Of a stretch of DNA of 64,000 bases, positions 60,547 to 64,000 are shown piece by piece (within the stretch, counting starts at the first letter, position 1; every line of letters begins with the position of its first letter). The translations under genes were made by a program, and so were the position numbers. The stretch covers positions 12,225 to 76,224 of the forward strand of contig RHPI01000260.1 in assembly GCA_009103225.1 (NCBI GenBank), read 5' to 3'. Source of the DNA: Chlorokybus atmophyticus. Its lineage: Eukaryota; Plantae; Mesostigma and Chlorokybus algae. Under the pieces are notes generated by a model. It searched no databases and was not told where the DNA came from. It saw only the letters and a program-made list of their open reading frames with translations.

Positions 60547-61629
60547 TCATGCCAGCAGGCAGGCAGGCTAGATTACAAGACCACATGCAAGCTGGCACAC
60601 ATGCGTGCGCACATGCACGCACGTGCACGCAGGAAGTTTGATGTAGTTGGCTGACTTGGGTGAAGTGGCGGGTGTAGTAGTAGTCAGTGTAGTAGCACTA
60701 TGGAACGGTACTGTTTATTACCTTGGTTGCGGTTGTGTCAAGCATGTAGTGGTACTGTGTGGTTCTTTGCTGTTATTGTGGCCTGGACACACACGCAGGA
60801 CAGGTGGGCATACATGCACTCCCACATGTACCATAGTGTGACAGACACATGCAACTTCAAAAGCACCCAACCCACATGTGTGTTGAATGCGCCACGACAC
60901 AACCTTCCACACGCACACACAATCACAGCATTACGTATACTTTGTACTTTACACACAAGCACATGTAAGAACAGGATGTATGCGCTATTTGACAGAATAC
61001 TTACGACTTTTGATGTTACGAAGTCCACTTTGATTGTTGCAAGAGTTTGACTGAAGTTGAAGTATTAAAAAGTTGTTAATGTTGATCAAGCAGGCACATT
61101 GACGGTCACATGCATTGCCAGGCGGCCATGGATGTCGCCGTGTCATTTGACGTGCAACATGCAACCACCGGTCGACGGACTGGTGCCACGGCGCACATCC
61201 GGCCTTCTCTTGCGTTGCCATTGGTATCCGTTACGTCGAGTATTTTCACTACGCCATATAAATAAAAGGCGCTTACATGTTGAGGTTTCCTTGGGGATTT
61301 ATAGTTATTCAAGCTCCTTTCCAAGCGCTATTATAACAGTACTAGCCGAATGCCGTCACTAGGCACCCGTGTTTGCACGCATCGCCACGACCTAGTGGGT
61401 GTCATGTTTACGAGGCTGGCTAAAGTCATTCTCTGTCCCTTACTTATGTGGTAAGTAAGAAGAGACCAAGTGGGGACCCACACTACGCAAGCGTGTGCTT
61501 GTGGGTACCACCTACGGTGTGCTCTCATGTAGATCTGTTCTTGAGCCTATGCGGCCTTGAGCAAGATAAACTACACAAGGCATGATGGCTTGCAAAGGGC
61601 CGTTCATAGCCAATGAGACATCATGAGAT

Positions 61630-61810
61630 GTACGGGGACATATGTGTGCATATGTCCGCATGTGTATGCATATGTGTGCACGTGTGCGCATATGAGTGCA
61701 TATGCCGCATATGCACGGTGCATATGAGGTATGTACTAGATGTATGCATATGCGCGCATACGTATGCACATATGTGCATATGTATGCATATGTGTGCATA
61801 TGTATGCATG
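61630..61810. repeat. Alternating purine-pyrimidine low-complexity tract (catatg/tgcata/gtgt)
   Basis: Near-continuous RY alternation, e.g. catatgtgtgcatatgtccgcatgtgtatgcatatgtgtgca. Confidence 0.7.
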
Positions 61811-61819
61811 AGTATGATG

Positions 61820-61990
61820 TCCTAAGCTGATGTGACCAGCCAAGGACGGTCACCATATTCAAAGTTGATGTGTATGATGTCCTAGGCTGATGTGACCAGC
61901 CAAGGACGTTCACAATGTCCCAGGCTGATGTGTGATCAGCTCAAGGACGTTTGCAATGTCCGAGGCTGATGTGTGACAGCCCGGAAGCAT
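61820..61990. repeat. Degenerate tandem repeat, 4 copies of gtcc(t/c/g)a(a/g)gctgatgtg(tg)a(c/t)cagc..aaggacg
   Basis: Copies begin near 61820, 61880, 61918 and 61958. Confidence 0.65.
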
Positions 61991-63404
61991 TACTGAGGTC
62001 CGAGGCCAATGTGTGGCAGCCGCGAGGCAAGTATGATGGTCAACGCAGCAATGCCAATGCATGTAGCCTTGGATATTGGTGTTCTAGATTGGAGAGCAGC
62101 AAGGGGGAGTATATAGTAGTGTCTCAACAAGTGTTGGGGCAGCTCTTGAGGTGCATACTTCACTCTTGTGTGTGGGGTGCCCAGTTTGGTTGTTCAACGG
62201 GCTCTCCGCTTCATCCCTAGTGGGGTGTTCGTGGCAGCTCTGCACGTGTGTGTGGGGTGTGCTTGACTGTGTGTGCTCCTGGAGCTGAGTGGAGATGTTG
62301 GCGAGATGTTGGCCATCCTCTCCTTCCTTGGTGCGGTGCTGTAGCTTCCTTGTCGAGTGCTGCACCGGTGGTGCTGGTAGGGCTTCCATCTGTAAATCCT
62401 TGTGCTTGTGCATAGGTTTGCCAAGCTAACCACCAAGTACGTGAGTAGTACTCACGGTCTTGGTGGTTAGCGACGTATGCTAGCAGTAAACGTCACATTG
62501 GTGTCGGAGCTTGTGTTTCAAGCCTTGCATGCTTGCTCATTAGCTTGAGCACTTGCTGAATGGTGCATGCGTTGCATTTCTTGCTGACATGCACTACACG
62601 GTAATGTTTCACTCTGATTGTGCATAGTAGCTGGTATAACCGGCTGCATGCACACTTGCATGCACGGTATGGGCCATATTGCACGCTCATCTGTGCACTA
62701 GTTGTGTGCTTTTGCTGCACGTGTGCGACCATGCACGCATAGTCGCTCGCGGCTGCACTAATTGCACGCATGTGCGCGTGTGCGCGTATGTGCATGCGTA
62801 TGCACGTACATGCATATGTTATGATGCTGTCTCAGCTGCACGCACGTTTGCATGTACATTGTGAACTGTTAGTGACACCGAATTATGCACTAGTAGTGTG
62901 CATTTGTTGCTTATGCGCGGCTTTGTACATGCACTTGCATGCTGAAGCAATTGCTGCACGTATGCGCGCATGTGCATGCATTTGCGCATGAGTGCATCCC
63001 GTGACACAAGAGTCTACAAACCGGACGTGCATGGGGCAAATCTCCCCCTGGGTAGGAGCTAGAGCGCCTGTTGTAAGAGCATTCAAAACCAATTGCTCTT
63101 CCAGCGAGGGCGGCAGCACTAGTTTGTTAGTCTATTGATATTGCGCAATACTCGCCGCTCCCGACTGTCGGTGGATAGTCCACCGACAGTCGGCCATTTT
63201 GGCTGGACCCTGGATGTAAAAGCAGAAAAAGCCTCGATGCTCTTATCTCGAAGCAAGCGCCCCTTGGTATAACAGGCGCTTTCCAAACGTGGCTCTTACA
63301 TCGAGGGCAGAGGCTGTATTGCTTCTCAGCTCTGGTCTAGTGGGAATCAGTGGCGAGGCTGCCACGTGGAGGCGGCGGTGGAGGCGGCAAGGGAGGTGGT
63401 GGCG

Positions 63405-64000
63405 ATGTGGGCGAGCTGGTGGGGGTGGTTTGCGCTCGACACCGCTGTTGCCACGTGGCTGGCGGTGGTGGTTGCAGCAGTGGTGTGGCTCTACCGCACA
63501 CTTGAGCTGCACCTGCTGGGCTATCTCTGGAACGGAGTCAGCGCACCCACCATCGCCTGCAACCCTCAGTCCAGATTGATCAACAAGCTGCTGGAAAGCT
63601 GCCCTTCCTTGTGTAAACGGTAGGTGCTAGCTGCTGTGCTGCTCAGTCGCAGTGGAGGACAACTGTGCAGTGCCATCAGTGGACAGCAGATTGCAGATTG
63701 CATGTTGGAGTGCAATTAATGTTCAGTAACTTACCGAAAGATTTGGGTGCGGCTTTGCCTAGCTATCAGTCTTACCGCCGGGCACTCATAATTGAACGCT
63801 TACGGTGCTTGCATGTTGTCGAATTGGTGCATGCGTAATCGCACCCGTGCATGTTGGCAGTTCACCATCCCCTTGCTACGTGCATGTCCATACGTATACT
63901 GGTAGTAATGCTACTCGTGTTCTGCATAACGCATACTGGGCAACGTGCTCGTGCACTCCAATCTGCACGTGTGTATGATTGTGCCCTGTGCACAGGTATT
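63405..64000 (+). CDS. Alpha/beta-hydrolase ABHD1/2/3 (EMB8-like) 5' part; continues beyond the window
   Basis: N-terminal TM segment, then PTIACNPQSRLINKLLESCPSLCKR|gtagg, with the next acceptor cacag|gtatt at the window end (Y codon). This fits the 'LLxxCPxLxxxYxPT' N-terminus of the family; no catalytic motif is inside the window. Confidence 0.5.

Noticed and set aside
61500-63000. His/Met/Cys-rich ORFs and RY tracts as Z-DNA elements or metal-binding proteins
   Set aside because: They are translations of catatg/tgca low-complexity sequence, which is common in introns and intergenic DNA throughout this window.
1-64000. Most of the 60-150 aa ORFs in the supplied track
   Set aside because: They are antisense or off-frame shadows of intron-containing genes or TE relics. 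The real genes only emerge after splicing.

Overview
This is eukaryotic nuclear DNA from the green lineage: genes have short spliceosomal introns, plastid ribosomal protein S5 is nucleus-encoded with a transit peptide, and there is an NDH-complex J-protein. The NdhT/U homolog suggests an NDH-retaining alga such as an early-diverging streptophyte (inference). Layout: (i) 1-12.4 kb is a nested TE cluster: an unclassified element end that truncates a Ty1/copia, a gag-only LTR-like element, and a decayed Ty3/gypsy. (ii) 13.6-49 kb is gene-rich: bacterial-type MBL-fold lactonase-like hydrolase, a large type-I membrane protein resembling CatSper auxiliary subunit beta, Nu/Ure2p-class GST, plastid RPS5, NdhT/NdhU-like DnaJ, a decayed coiled-coil gene with a TRIM insertion, R3H/ankyrin DExH helicase, ANKRD13, an apparently intact intron-containing pogo transposon, and OSTC. 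(iii) 49-63 kb is a decayed zone: hairpin/GATC clusters, a DIRS-type RT/RNaseH/methyltransferase relic, and pseudogene fragments of POLE and a DUF819 protein. (iv) The 5' end of an ABHD-like hydrolase runs off the window. There are three N gaps. The most striking observation is the CatSper-beta-like gene in a green-lineage genome. Family calls come from motif recognition and hand splicing; no database searches were run.
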